A program made the translations under genes and the position numbers. Positions 41,356 to 53,210 of a stretch of 64,000 nt of DNA are shown here, one piece after another. The stretch lies in NCBI RefSeq assembly GCF_009914755.1, contig NC_060929.1; one strand, given 5' to 3'. Every line of letters starts with the position of its first letter. Position 1 is the first letter of the stretch. Origin of the DNA: the human T2T-CHM13v2.0 reference genome, Homo sapiens. Under the pieces are notes generated by a model. That model saw only the letters and a program-made list of their open reading frames with translations. It was not told the origin of the DNA and did no database searches.

Positions 41356-42301
41356 ACAAGTATAGAATGTTTACACAGTAAAAATCAAAACCTTTTCTGA
41401 CCCTTCATCCTAGTTCAGAGCCATACTTTGAAAAGTTTGCTTTTCTGAAAGCATTAAGTACTGCCTAGATAGTATGATTGTTCATGTGGATAAAACATCT
41501 TGCACATAAACAGACATCCTCTTATTAAAGTATTTTCTCATTGGTAGTTAGCATTTTGGTATTATTTTGAAACATCAAGAAATCTTAAGTATTTAACTTC
41601 AGTGACAGAAAAATTGAAATATCATTCAGTCAGCAAGTATTTATAAGCATCTCCCTGAGCCTTAGTCTGTAATCTTTATTCACTTATGTGCTAAATGACA
41701 TTTTGTTACAACAACAACTTGAAAATGACAGTTTGTTCAAGTAGTATTTTTTGTGATAGTGAAGGGGTTATTAATGTTGGTATGTGTCAAACACAAGTTT
41801 TTCTTAAAATATATTACACACAATACTCCATAATCGTGTTTAATTTAATGGAGAGTATTTATCATGGGAGTTTTGTGCTCATATAACTTTAGGAAATGCA
41901 GGGTTGAAAAAGTTAAACATTTTAAATTCTAGATTTCTCAGAAGTTTTAATACGTTACCTTCTGAATCTTTAAGACAGAGCTGTAGTATACAGTGACTCT
42001 GACCATGGAACTCTTTTCCCCGTGGCCTGTACTTCCATGAATAGACATCTAAGCAGATAAATAAATCTCTAACAGCATCTAAAAATTATAATGGAATATT
42101 TTAAAGATGCTCAATAATCTTAATGTAAAAACATTATTTATATAGATATAATTTTATCACTTATAGTTACTAGATCTGTATTTTGTATTTATATGTTGAA
42201 CTTTTGGAAATTAATTTATACATAATGAAAGAACAAACTCTCCATTCTTCCATTCTTAACTGTTAGAGAAAAGTGAAATTTATATTTCTTTTGTATTTCA
42301 G

Positions 42302-42387
42302 AACAAAGTAGAAGAGACGATTTAGAAGCTTTAGGTCATATGTTCATGTATTTTCTGAGAGGCAGTCTTCCTTGGCAAGGCTTAAAG
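42302..42387 (+). CDS. CSNK1G3: CSNK1G3 exon 7 (86 nt): (E)[28 protein letters not shown]
   Basis: Acceptor tttCAG, donor AAG|GTAATT. Contains the CK1 motifs SRRDD and LPWQGLK. Confidence 0.97.
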
Positions 42388-42478
42388 GTAATTGTTTTTG
42401 TGTTTCTTTATTGAATTTCATAAAATATTAAGATATTAAGGTCCTGTCTTCCAACTAAACAGTTTTCATATTTTAAAA

Positions 42479-42610
42479 TTTTATTTTGTAAGTAGGCATC
42501 AGGGCTCCCTGTGTTGCCCAGGCTGGTCTCAAACTCCTGGGCTCAAGCATTCCTTCTGCCTTGGCCTTCCAAAGCTCTGTGATTACAGGCTACCGTGTGC
42601 AGTCCCAGCT
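42479..42610 (-). mobile_element. FLAM-type Alu monomer in the 273-bp intron 7
   Basis: TGTTGCCCAGGCTGGTCTCAAACTCCTGGGCTCAAGC...GATTACAGGC. Confidence 0.8.
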
Positions 42611-42660
42611 AAATAATTTTTAAATTACCACATTCTCAAGATTTTTTTTTTCTGTTTTAG

Positions 42661-42745
42661 GCTGACACATTAAAGGAGAGGTATCAGAAAATTGGAGATA
42701 CAAAACGGGCTACACCAATAGAAGTGTTATGTGAAAATTTTCCAG
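42661..42745 (+). CDS. CSNK1G3: CSNK1G3 exon 8 (85 nt): [28 protein letters not shown]
   Basis: Acceptor ttttAG ending 42660, donor CAG|GTAATG, frame maintained. Confidence 0.97.
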
Positions 42746-44117
42746 GTAATGAATAATGTGAGGTTGATACATTATATACAGAAAACTAGAAATGCTAATT
42801 TTTATTGCTTAAGTTTATACATATTTTTTTCTATGCTTAAAAAAAAAAGAGCTAAAAATATGATTTAAAGGTTGTCAGCATTTGATGCCGAACCCACAGG
42901 GACACTTTGTGTATTTGCTTTGCAAATGGTATTAATAGAAGAAAATCCTGTCTGTTAATAGTGTTGATCATTACCAGCTGAAGTAATATTTTCTTTAGTG
43001 ATATACTTTTAATGAGTTAAAATTTTTGCTAAGAAATGCCAGTTACAAAGTTTTGGTATTCAGTGTTAGTCATTTGGGTCTCAATGTCAAGTTCAAAGGA
43101 GGTATGTGAAGTATGATTTGGTTTAGTTTTCAAATTAAACTTAAATTAAGTAAGGCCAGTAAAACCTTACTGACCTCACTAGTTTGGGGCTAATTTTATA
43201 TTGGGGAGCTGTATGCATTTATGAAAATAATTTTGCTTTCAAGTAGATTTATGGCAACTCAAATTAAGCCAAAAAAAATTTACTTAAGATTTCTACATCA
43301 ATTAAGGAATAAGAATAACTTGTTAGTATATTAAGATAATGACTGTGATTTATTTGTGCAGCCACATTAAGTGAAAAGAGAGCTAAATTTGAAGATAAAA
43401 TACGGAATTCCTATCTCACTTTAGTATTCCGTAGTTCTCCTGTATAATGCTGGCGTTATTAATGTAATAATAATATTATCAACATAACAAAAGTAGCTCT
43501 TTCTCAAGCTTGTTTATATTATTCATTGACAGCAAACTTTAATTATATATTTTCCTTTCTTGCTATAATATCTAGAAGTAGATTTTTTAAAATGTCGGTT
43601 AATAGTACTAGCAGTTTAGTGTAGGCAGATAGGGTAGTTGTCATTAAGGAAGCCTATATAAAGGTGGGAAAAATGGGGTTGCCAAATCAAATTAGCCAGG
43701 TATTTAGCTAGAAAGTGGAATAGTGGGAGAGTCACCACCTAAAGAAGGTCACTGCACACCACTTTTGTTGCCTCATTGTGCTGGGTGTGATCTTTTTCCT
43801 GTTGGCTGGGGCTGCCTGTGAATGCTAGGTGTAACTTACCATCTCTTACTGTAGTGATTTTCTGTGCCCTGATGGTGAAATGCCCTGCTTTACTAATTGC
43901 TCACCATTTTGCCCATTGTTTTATATTTATATATTTGTTTGTCTGTTTGTTTGTTTTTGCATGTATTAGATACATGTATCTAATACATTTTGGAATTATA
44001 ATAGCATGCAGAGATTTGTATATCGCCAAATAATTGTTAAATATATGACCAGAAATTAAGAGAAGACTTACACTGTCCTCTTGTGTTATGTTTTTGAGAT
44101 TTGTTTTAGCTTTCCTT

Positions 44118-44190
44118 TGTTAGCTTAATTGGTTAGAATACTGCTCAAAGCCAAGGTTAGGAATTTGAATTCTCTATTAGTTAGTTGGTT
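44118..44190 (+). mobile_element. Degenerate tRNA-derived SINE head (MamSINE1-like) or tRNA-Ile pseudogene relic
   Basis: TTAGCTTAATTGGTTAGA (A box)...GCCAAGGTT...TTTGAAT (decayed B box). The cloverleaf is not intact. Confidence 0.5.
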
Positions 44191-44643
44191 TATGTCACTG
44201 ATTCTAAAGGAAATCCAGCAAGCCAATACAGATGCTTTCATATAAATCAGTTCTCACCGGTATTTTAAATAAAATTTTAAATTTATAAACTGAATATGAT
44301 GCTTTGTGATTAATCATGCATTATTAAACTGCTTATTCAACTTCTCATACTACCAAATATTAAAAATAATCTTATAAAAATGAAAATTTTAGCTTTTCCT
44401 AATGAAATGAAGCAAAAATAGTGGTTGTTAAACTAAACCTCCCATTTTTCTTGTGTCTCTATTCCCTTCCTTCTTTTCCTCTTTTTTATTTTGTTGTAAT
44501 TAAACTCAGAAAAATTTAAATTGCAATGTAATTTTGTTACTTTTCAAGTGTTTTTATATAATACAATGTGCTTTTAGATACTTAATTTTATTACTGAGTA
44601 TTAAAGAAAAGTATAGTCCAAATAATTTTTATATTATTTCTAG

Positions 44644-44792
44644 AAGAAATGGCAACATATCTTCGTTATGTAAGAAGGCTAGATTTTTTTGAAAAACCAG
44701 ACTATGACTACTTAAGAAAGCTTTTTACTGACTTGTTTGATCGAAAAGGATATATGTTTGATTATGAATATGACTGGATTGGTAAACAGTTG
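44644..44792 (+). CDS. CSNK1G3: CSNK1G3 exon 9 (149 nt, or 146 nt from 44647): E(E)[48 protein letters not shown]
   Basis: Tandem acceptor TAG|AAG|, donor TTG|GTGAGT. Encodes the end of the kinase domain (ORF 44649..44885). Confidence 0.96.
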
Positions 44793-45552
44793 GTGAGTAT
44801 TCTATATAATAATATATTACTTACAGTATCTGTTGCCTTTTTAATAGTACAATATCTTCAATTGAAAAGAGTTGAGAACAAATAGTTGTTTTAAAGGATT
44901 CATTTTATTGTTTTTTAAGGGACATTTCTGCAGGTAGTGCCGTACTAGTGTTCTTTGAGTTTTTCAGAAGCCCTACATCTGGATTCTTTGCCTTTTAGCA
45001 TGAAGAGTTACTTTTAACTTTTCATCCTGATTTAGTTCTTAATGTCAAATATACTCTTTTTTGTGTAATATTCTCATGATTAATTTAATACTTCAATCCC
45101 TTGATGAAAATTAAAATTTGTATGAGTCTCTTCAAGTCAAAATATTGGAAATAAGTAATTTTATTAGTTTTTTTATTCTTTTAATTTTCTTAAAAGTTTA
45201 TTCTATGTATACATTTGCTTTGGAAATGAGAGGCATAAACATATACATTTTTATCATGTTGATATGAAAATGTAGCCTAAAAGTAATGGCAGCATTAAGT
45301 GTTCTGTAGATGTAAAAATAAGTACTTTATAAAGAATTTGAATATTTTAAAAACACTTTAAAAAGTAGGTATATTCTTTTTGCTTTACCTTCTTAGCTTT
45401 AACAACATATTTTGATAATGATGCCTTTACTTAAAGCCTTAGTTTATTTAACAGTCTTTTGTTTTTTTCCTTAATTCTTTTAAGCAGCTAAATGATTTTA
45501 AATAAGAATTTTAAAATGGAATGTATTGATACCAATTGTTATTGTATTGTAG

Positions 45553-45648
45553 CCTACTCCAGTGGGTGCAGTTCAGCAAGATCCTGCTCTGTCATCAAAC
45601 AGAGAAGCACATCAACACAGAGATAAGATGCAACAATCCAAAAACCAG
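45553..45648 (+). CDS. CSNK1G3: CSNK1G3 exon 10 (96 nt): PTPVGAVQQDPALSSNREAHQHRDKMQQSKNQ
   Basis: Acceptor tgtAG, donor CAG|GTTTGC. Open phase 0-0 exon matching the recalled CK1-gamma3 tail. Confidence 0.93.
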
Positions 45649-46074
45649 GTTTGCTGCCCTTTAGATATGAAATACCTTCCTTTCATGATTGAAACATACA
45701 CTTTTTTCTTCAATAGATAAAACAGACTGAAGGATTGAAAATACATATTTTTAATAGATAATCTATTTTCTCTTAATTTCACTGTTTATTAGTTTAATAA
45801 TAGCATTAAAATGTTTAATCATAAATCCTTAATTAATGGTACAAATTAGTGTAAACTTTTAGGAATATGTGATATTCTGTTAGAATGGAAGTATTTGGAT
45901 ACCCTATTAGAATGAATTGTAATAACACTTGGACTTTCTAACTGTAGTTTAGTTCAATAAATTATTTATTGAATTTCTGCTATTGTAAAGCTACTGTTCT
46001 ACACATTATAGAAATTCAGAAGTAAAGAAGACTGTATAACCTTTAAGAATGATTTTGTCACCAGTGTCTAAAAG

Positions 46075-46205
46075 CAGTGTTGTAGCTAAGAGTTCACTCA
46101 ATTCTTTAGAATCAGGCATACATGGATATGGCTTGACCCTGGGCAAATAAGTTAATCTGTCAAAGCCTCAGTTTCCTCATCTATAAAATGGAAATAATGC
46201 ATGTT
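46075..46205 (+). mobile_element. MIR
   Basis: Core TGACCCTGGGCAAATAAGTTAATCTGTCAAAGCCTCAGTTTCCTCATCTATAAAATGG. Confidence 0.75.
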
Positions 46206-47420
46206 AATTTAGAGCATACAGTAAGCTTTGAATCAAAACTCTTGTGTCTGCTGTTACTGTTATTATTATTACAATAAATACAGAAATAGCTATATTTAAA
46301 AAGAGAATAAGCTATATTACATGAAACACTAATAAAGTAGCATGGAGATCATATGTGGGGCTCTATGAAGATTTTATGGAAAAGGTAGCTTTTGACATGA
46401 ACCTAAAGAATGAATGGAGTTTTTAAAGGGAAATGAAGATAAGGGCATTTTGGGGAGAGTGAATAATATAAAATATGAAGCAGAAGTTTAAAAATAGAGA
46501 ATTTGAGGAATAGCAAGCGGTTCAAATTTGTTTGGAGCAGGAGGTAGGTAGAGATGGATTAGAGAGGGAGTAGAGAGTCAGTCTGAGATAAGGCATAGAA
46601 GTTGATCAAGTAGCGAGTTCATGTTTCCTGGCCAGGTAAAGGAATAGAAAGCTGTTGAAATTTTTGGGCAATGTTTTAATTTTTCTCTCTCTCTTTCTCT
46701 TTTTTTTGGTAAAAAAGTTTTATCGAAGACATCTTTGACTTAAAAATTTCACTATCACACTGAGTTAAGGAGTGTCTAGAAATTTTCTCTTACAATCCAT
46801 TTTGGAGAAGGATAGTATGCCGTCCTTTTTGACTTTTATATTGTTTATCCCATCAAAGTTTAAGTGAAGATTAAAGATTAAAACAGGATGACAATCAAAA
46901 GAAAGAACACCACTTGTTAAAAATCATAGCAAAATAAAATGCTACATTTTAGGGAGTGTTTAACAATATTATGCTATATATATATATATAGCATGGCCAG
47001 TTTTAAAAGATTAATATTAAATTTTTGACTTAGAAAAATTGGTACTATAAAGCATCTCATACATAAATTACTTCATATATAAATTAAAATTAGTTGATAG
47101 CTGGAGTGCTGTGAAAAGATTCTGTATAAAGAAAGAAATGGCTCAGAAGTTGAGACTTAGTTTGTGTTTTATAAACCAGAGTTAATTCCTTGAATGTACT
47201 TGGAAGAAGATTAATACGGTATTCTTTGAAATTCTCCACTTGAGCTGTTAGGTATTATAATAAGTGAAATTCCTCTATTGTTGAATTAAATTATAAATCT
47301 AATGTTTTAGACTTTTAGTTTTCTACATCTTTCAGACATGTCTTGCTAACTAGAGTATAAGCTCACTGAGGGTAGGAACCATGTTTCATTTGTCCAGTCC
47401 TTGCACTAAATGTAGGGTGG

Positions 47421-47429
47421 GTGTGTGTG

Positions 47430-47470
<41 letters not shown>
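47421..47470. repeat. Compound (GT)n(AT)n(AC)n microsatellite
   Basis: Directly visible and self-complementary around the AT core. Confidence 0.93.
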
Positions 47471-47471
<1 letters not shown>

Positions 47472-49242
47472 ATATTTAGGCAATTCTTTAGGATAGGCTT
47501 ATATATTGAATTTGGGATGTGAATATACACACTTTCATCATGATAGAAAAGTTGTATATTTAAAAAAAACTTCTTAAATATCTCTAGACCACTAAGCAGC
47601 TTAAGTTCTACAAGAAACCCACAGTTCACAATCCCAGAGGAAGATAGATTATGTCACGTGACTTAAACCTTTGTAATGCCCCTAGATAAATGAGTTAAGT
47701 TGAGGGGATCCTGAAATTGTTGGGTACATGTAATTGTTTATTTTCAGGAGAGGGCGTGTAGCTCTTACTATATTCTTAGAGAGTTCCATGACCCCAAAAT
47801 ATTGCGCATTGCCCTAGATGTTTGTCTCAATTTTAGCATCATTTTTATTCTTTGATCTTGTCTAGACTTGACTTCATCTGATTTGATTTCAACTTAAGCT
47901 ACAAATCTGCTTAATTCTGGTTATGGATTTGGAGGGTTTAACGAAAAGACATTATAGAACTGTCATAGTTTTGATGACATACTTTATGCCACAGAGTATG
48001 TAATTTTGCATTGTACAATTTAGGAAGCTTAGTGCCAGAACATGTATTCATGTGTCTACTTGAATTTTACATCTCTCCCCTTAAGGTTGTTCTGGCCAAC
48101 AATATGCTTGAGGCTCCCCATACTCCAATATGCTTGGCACTTTGTGGCAAGATTTTCATGACTTTGTTTGAAAAAGAAAGAAAAGAGTACTGAAGGCTTT
48201 AGAATATATTTAATTTTCGTAAGGAGCTAGGTAGTATTATTGGAAGAGCATTATGCTCTGAGTTGGAATTCCTGTTGTACTCCTTGGTAGGTCTGTAACT
48301 GTGGGGAAGTGGTTAATGTCTCACTGTCTTCATCAGTAAAAGTGGATGATAATATCTACCTCAAAATATGGTAATATATAAAGCAGCTAATTCAGAACCA
48401 AACATGTAATAAAGTTTAAATAGTATATTCTTCTCCCTACTTTTTATTAGTGTTGTCCACATTTTCCTGAAACAGAAGTTGTCCCCTATTAAGAAACTTC
48501 TCTTAATTTTACTGGTAGATTATGATGTTTGTTATTGCCATGCATATTTGCCAAGGGATCTAAAAACATCAAGAATTTTCAGATTATTTCATAGACATGG
48601 GTTCCTTAATTTGAACCAGATAAAAGGAGATCAAGGAAGCAGAGAGATTCATATATGTAGGATTATCACTTAGAAAAAAAATTGTTTTGTCATATTCTCA
48701 TAGTATTCTGTATAGTGCTTCTCCCTTTTCAAAGAACTTTTCTGTTTTCTCATATTATCCTTAGAATCAGAAATGGGGGACTAAGCAAGAGAGAAAATAT
48801 TTTTAGAATCTCAGGTACAGTTATTTAAGGGCCATCATTTGTACCTTGCTAAAAATAGCTCCTCATCAGAAAACCAGTGATGACATCTACTGTGTAAAAA
48901 TATAGTGGGTGGACTTCTAGTGTGCCCAGGATTTATTTGGAGTTCTTTCTTGGTCATGGCATTTTTACCTTTCTGGTTCTTTATTAGTTCATTTATAAAG
49001 CTAGAGGGTAGAGTCTGTGATTTCTAAAGTATTTTTACTTCTAAAATTTTATGGTTCTATTTTATTTTTATTGTTGATCATTACACAATTTGGCAACTTA
49101 ATTAAAATCACTCCACATTCTGTATACAAAGATAACTGCACCATGATTCAGAATAGTAAGGGTATTTTAAATTTCCTTTTATACGTTTGTTTTATATATT
49201 ATGAGGATAAAATGTTTAACATATTGGGTTTTTCTTCTTCCA

Positions 49243-49445
49243 TGCATGCCATATGCATTAAATAAATGGCAGTCGGCAGACCACAGGGCAGCTTGGGACT
49301 CCCAGCAGGCAAATCCCCACCATTTGAGAGCTCACCTTGCAGCAGACAGACATGGTGGCTCGGTACAGGTATTTTCTGATTTTTGCATGAGTGATTATTA
49401 CCCAGATTTATACAACTAACCCTTTTTTTTGGAACTCATGGCATG
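49243..49445 (+). promoter_or_regulatory. Splicing-regulatory motifs around cassette exon 11 (RBFOX, QKI)
   Basis: TGCATG at 49243-49248 and 49384-49389, ACTAAC at 49415-49420, GCATG at 49441-49445. Confidence 0.65.
49273..49368 (+). CDS. CSNK1G3: CSNK1G3 cassette exon 11 (96 nt): SADHRAAWDSQQANPHHLRAHLAADRHGGSVQ
   Basis: Acceptor ggcAG with a weak, displaced pyrimidine tract, donor CAG|GTATTT. Phase 0-0 and GC-richer than its flanks. Matches the recalled long isoform. Confidence 0.9.
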
Positions 49446-52400
49446 ATTTCATATCTTAATGGAAAATTTGTTGCTGAACTACTCTATCCATAATTCTATT
49501 CCTTTGTTATTTAACCAGAAAAACCAAAATTAACGTGGTCTAGAAAGACCATCAGGAATACCAAGATTTTTCCTTTGTTCATTTTTGCAACTATATGCTA
49601 CAATATTTAAGTCATATAGCAGATTAGAAAAACAAACGGTATTATGCTTGAAATAGGTATTAAACTTGACTTTCCAATAATAAGATCAGTCTTTTTAATG
49701 CTTAAATTAATAGAACATTTTTGTATTTTTTCCCATTCATTGACTTTGCCTCCTTCAAACATAATCAGTTAAATATCTTTTTTCATCCTTAGTACTCAGA
49801 ATGTACTTTCTGATTAATTGTTCAAACGAACATGACCCTAATTTTTATAATACATGTTTTGTTTGTACTTATAGAAAATATCAGATGGAAATTTTAATAA
49901 GAAGTGTTTATTAAATACTCCCCTCAATAAATTGTATGGCTTTTTAGATAAATTCAAAGCAGTCCCTTATTTATGATTTGTTTCTTTTCACCTTTTTTAT
50001 ACACTTAGAGACCGCTACTATATATATTCTGCCCTCCGTTGCCCCATAAATTTTAATCATTTATGTATATTGTAGAAATAGGGAAAGATTGCTGAGTCTC
50101 GTATTGTCTTTTAAAATATCGGTTTAAGGTAATCTAAAAGCCAGCTTAAAGTAAGTGAGATAACAAATGTTATCCCAGTACATTTCAATTTAGAATTTTT
50201 TTTACATTTTCATTTTTTTCTTTACATATTTTCACTTGAATAATTTGCCATTTTATCAAATTTGCATTTTTCTTAGTGTATATATTTAATCAACTGATTC
50301 TGTACTCTGGGTGCTATTCTTTCTTGATTTGAGTTCTAAAAATTAAATTATGATTAAATCTTATGAGCCCTCACGTTTTTCTCATCATTAAATTTTAGAG
50401 GTAATTTAAATTATATAATGGAGTACTTTTGTAGAATTTTGCAGTTTATGGAATTTTCAGTAATGTGTGGTAGACTTATTTGAGTAGATCTATAAAAGTC
50501 TAGGGTGAAGAACTTAGAGGCAAGAGTGTCTAAATTGTAAAAATTTTTATGACTTCAATTCATATAGTTAGAAAAGCTAATTCAGCAAATATATTCTATT
50601 TGCATAACACAAACTATATTTTGTATGTATCTGTATATGTTTACATGTTTTTAAGTTTGTGTGTATGTGTGCAAGTGTTTTTGCTCAGTGTAACAATTAA
50701 GGCACTATTAGAAAATTTTCCTACCATTTCTGTACCATTACCAGATTTATTTTCTTAGCCTCTTCTTACTCTTATGTGATTCCTTGAGGTGGCTCGTGGG
50801 ATTCCTTTGGACTGTCAAAGGGTGAATGAATTTCATTATTCATTCATTATTTCACTACTTCACGTTTATTGTTTCACATGTTTTCACAGAGATGTTTGAA
50901 CATTGCTCGTTTCTCATTATTTCTAAGAGTTTTCAGCGTACTGAGACTACATCTGACTTCATCCTAATATTCAATAAGTGATTAACTTAATAGGTTTCTA
51001 GTAATATGGAAATACATAGGTAAAACAAAGAATAGTATTTTCATTGACTTCATGTATTTTGTAATATTAACTGACACATGATATGATGGACTAATATGAC
51101 AGCCTAAGTAGGATCATGCCTGAATCCTTCCCACTCCAAAATAAAGACTGAATTCATTTATAATTTATGTCCTATACACTTTCAAAATTATTTGAAAATT
51201 TGTAATGTGACCCTTGTGTAATTGGACTAATGAAATTATAAATTAAAACGTAATAAGAGCAAAGAAAAGTACCTAAAATTTGAACTGATATTATAATTGA
51301 ATACTATATTTGATTCTGAATGAAGGCAGAAAGGGAAACAATATGTTCTATTAATATTATTCTCATTGTTTGATAAAGGGAGGAGAGAAAGAGAAAAAAA
51401 CTTTTCAGTAATACAAAAATATGAGAAGAATTTGCCTTGGGCTTATTTGTGCAATGGTCATTAAATCACCTGTTGAACAAACTTTCAAGCATTGGCTTTA
51501 CAGGAGATGCAAAGACTTTATATGGCAATTAAAAAATTATTCTTAATAAACATACTAAGAGTATGTCATCAAATAGTTTTTTTAGGAGAGACATTTCCCT
51601 AATTAATAAGTCACTGTCTGGTATTGAAATGTGACGCAGGTTTAGGATATCCAGAAACAGAATCAAGTTACTTAAAATGAGCCTCGGTAAGACTATGGCT
51701 TTCACTCCTCACTATCATTGCAGTCTTTTCCTTGGAACTGATCATTGCTGTCAGTGAAGCACTGAAAATCATTCCAGGCTGTTTAGAGTTGACATGTAAG
51801 ATGAAACCTCTTGCCATTTTTGACCTATAGAAAGATCCTCAGGTATTTATTTCACATGTACTTTTAGTAGAAGTTATCAGCAGAGTCTAAATTTGAACTC
51901 CCTGCCTTTCCAGAATTATTATATAGCAGACCAGACAGAGTTACCAAGTTGAGAGTTACCAGGTTGATGATGTTGCAATTAAGAGCTTAAGCTCTGCAGT
52001 CAGATTTGAGTTCAAACTCTGTGCCAAGATTATTTATTAGTAAATGAGGATTTTAACAATTCCTCTACCTTATGGTTTTGTTATGAAAATTTAATTTAAA
52101 AAGTATTTAGCATAGATGTTGAGGCTTAGGAAGTGTTAGATAAGTAGAATCTATTGTTTTTGCAAATTAAGAAACTTGAGTAGTATTTTCATTTTATTGA
52201 TCTCTGGGAAGTGAAGTATTAGAGGTACAGTCAAAAGAAAGCATTGATGAATGGGATTTTTCTTATTTTATCTCTTTAGTTCAGTCATGTTAAGTCACTA
52301 GCTAAAAAGATACAGCTGTACGTTTGATAAACTTTTTCCATTCACGAGACTAAGAATAATATTCAGATATCTACTACCTTTATTTTGTATCAGCCTGTGT

Positions 52401-52504
52401 TCTGGAAAACCCCTAGGGGAATCAAGTGTGCCCCTCTCGGTTCCCTCTTAGAATCATTGGTAGTAATAAATATGGCTGAGAAACTCAGACCTACCACATT
52501 CAGT

Positions 52505-53210
52505 TTCTTGGCCATTCATTACTCAGCAAATTGCTAAGTGTTCATTATGTGCTAGGCTCTTGTAGGTTTTCTTGAATGAAAAGAAGTGTGTAAAGACATG
52601 GTGGCTGTGTCCATGAAGAAGTCAGTCAAGGAGGCTGATGAACAGGCAGGGTGATAAGTGGAGATAGCACAGGGTACTAGGAGAATTGATACGAAAAGCA
52701 CCTAACCTGGATGAGTCAAGACTTTCTGGGGAAAGTGACATCTAAACTGAGACGTAAAGAATCAGTGGGAGTTAATCAACTGAAGATAGAAGGGGTCAAG
52801 AGAGGAGTATACCAGGCAGAGAAGACAATATGAATAAGGTTGTGGAGAGAGAGACATATTGAGGAAGCTGATTTAGTCAAGCTGGTGTGTGTTGAGAAAT
52901 GAGACTGAGAAGGTAGGCTGGAGGTAAATCATGAAGGATCTAACGGGTCTTGTTACTAAATTTGGCTTTATTCTGAGGATAATGGGTAGCCATAAGGGGG
53001 ATTAGGAGACCAAATTTGACTAGTGTTTTCTAAAGATTGCGTTTGCTGGACACTAGATTGAAAGGAGACAAGTCTAAATGAGGGATACAGCTGTCAAAAG
53101 TCTGTAGTTGAGGAAAAATGTTGGGTAGTGGGGATAAACAAGAAATGAAAGGCTTTGAAAAGAATTAGAAGGTAGAGTTTAGTTGGGTATGGGGCTGACG
53201 GGAAAGGAAA
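52505..53210. mobile_element. L2 fragment
   Basis: CATTCATTACTCAGCAAAT...TATGTGCTAGGC followed by a purine-rich L2-like body. Confidence 0.55.

Noticed and set aside
44118-44190. Functional tRNA gene
   Set aside because: The acceptor stem, anticodon arm and TTCG loop are disrupted, so it is kept only as a relic.
45553-49368. Exons 10 and 11 are both 96 nt and phase 0-0, suggesting duplicated mutually exclusive exons
   Set aside because: There is no convincing nucleotide or peptide similarity. They are 3.6 kb apart and read in frame together.
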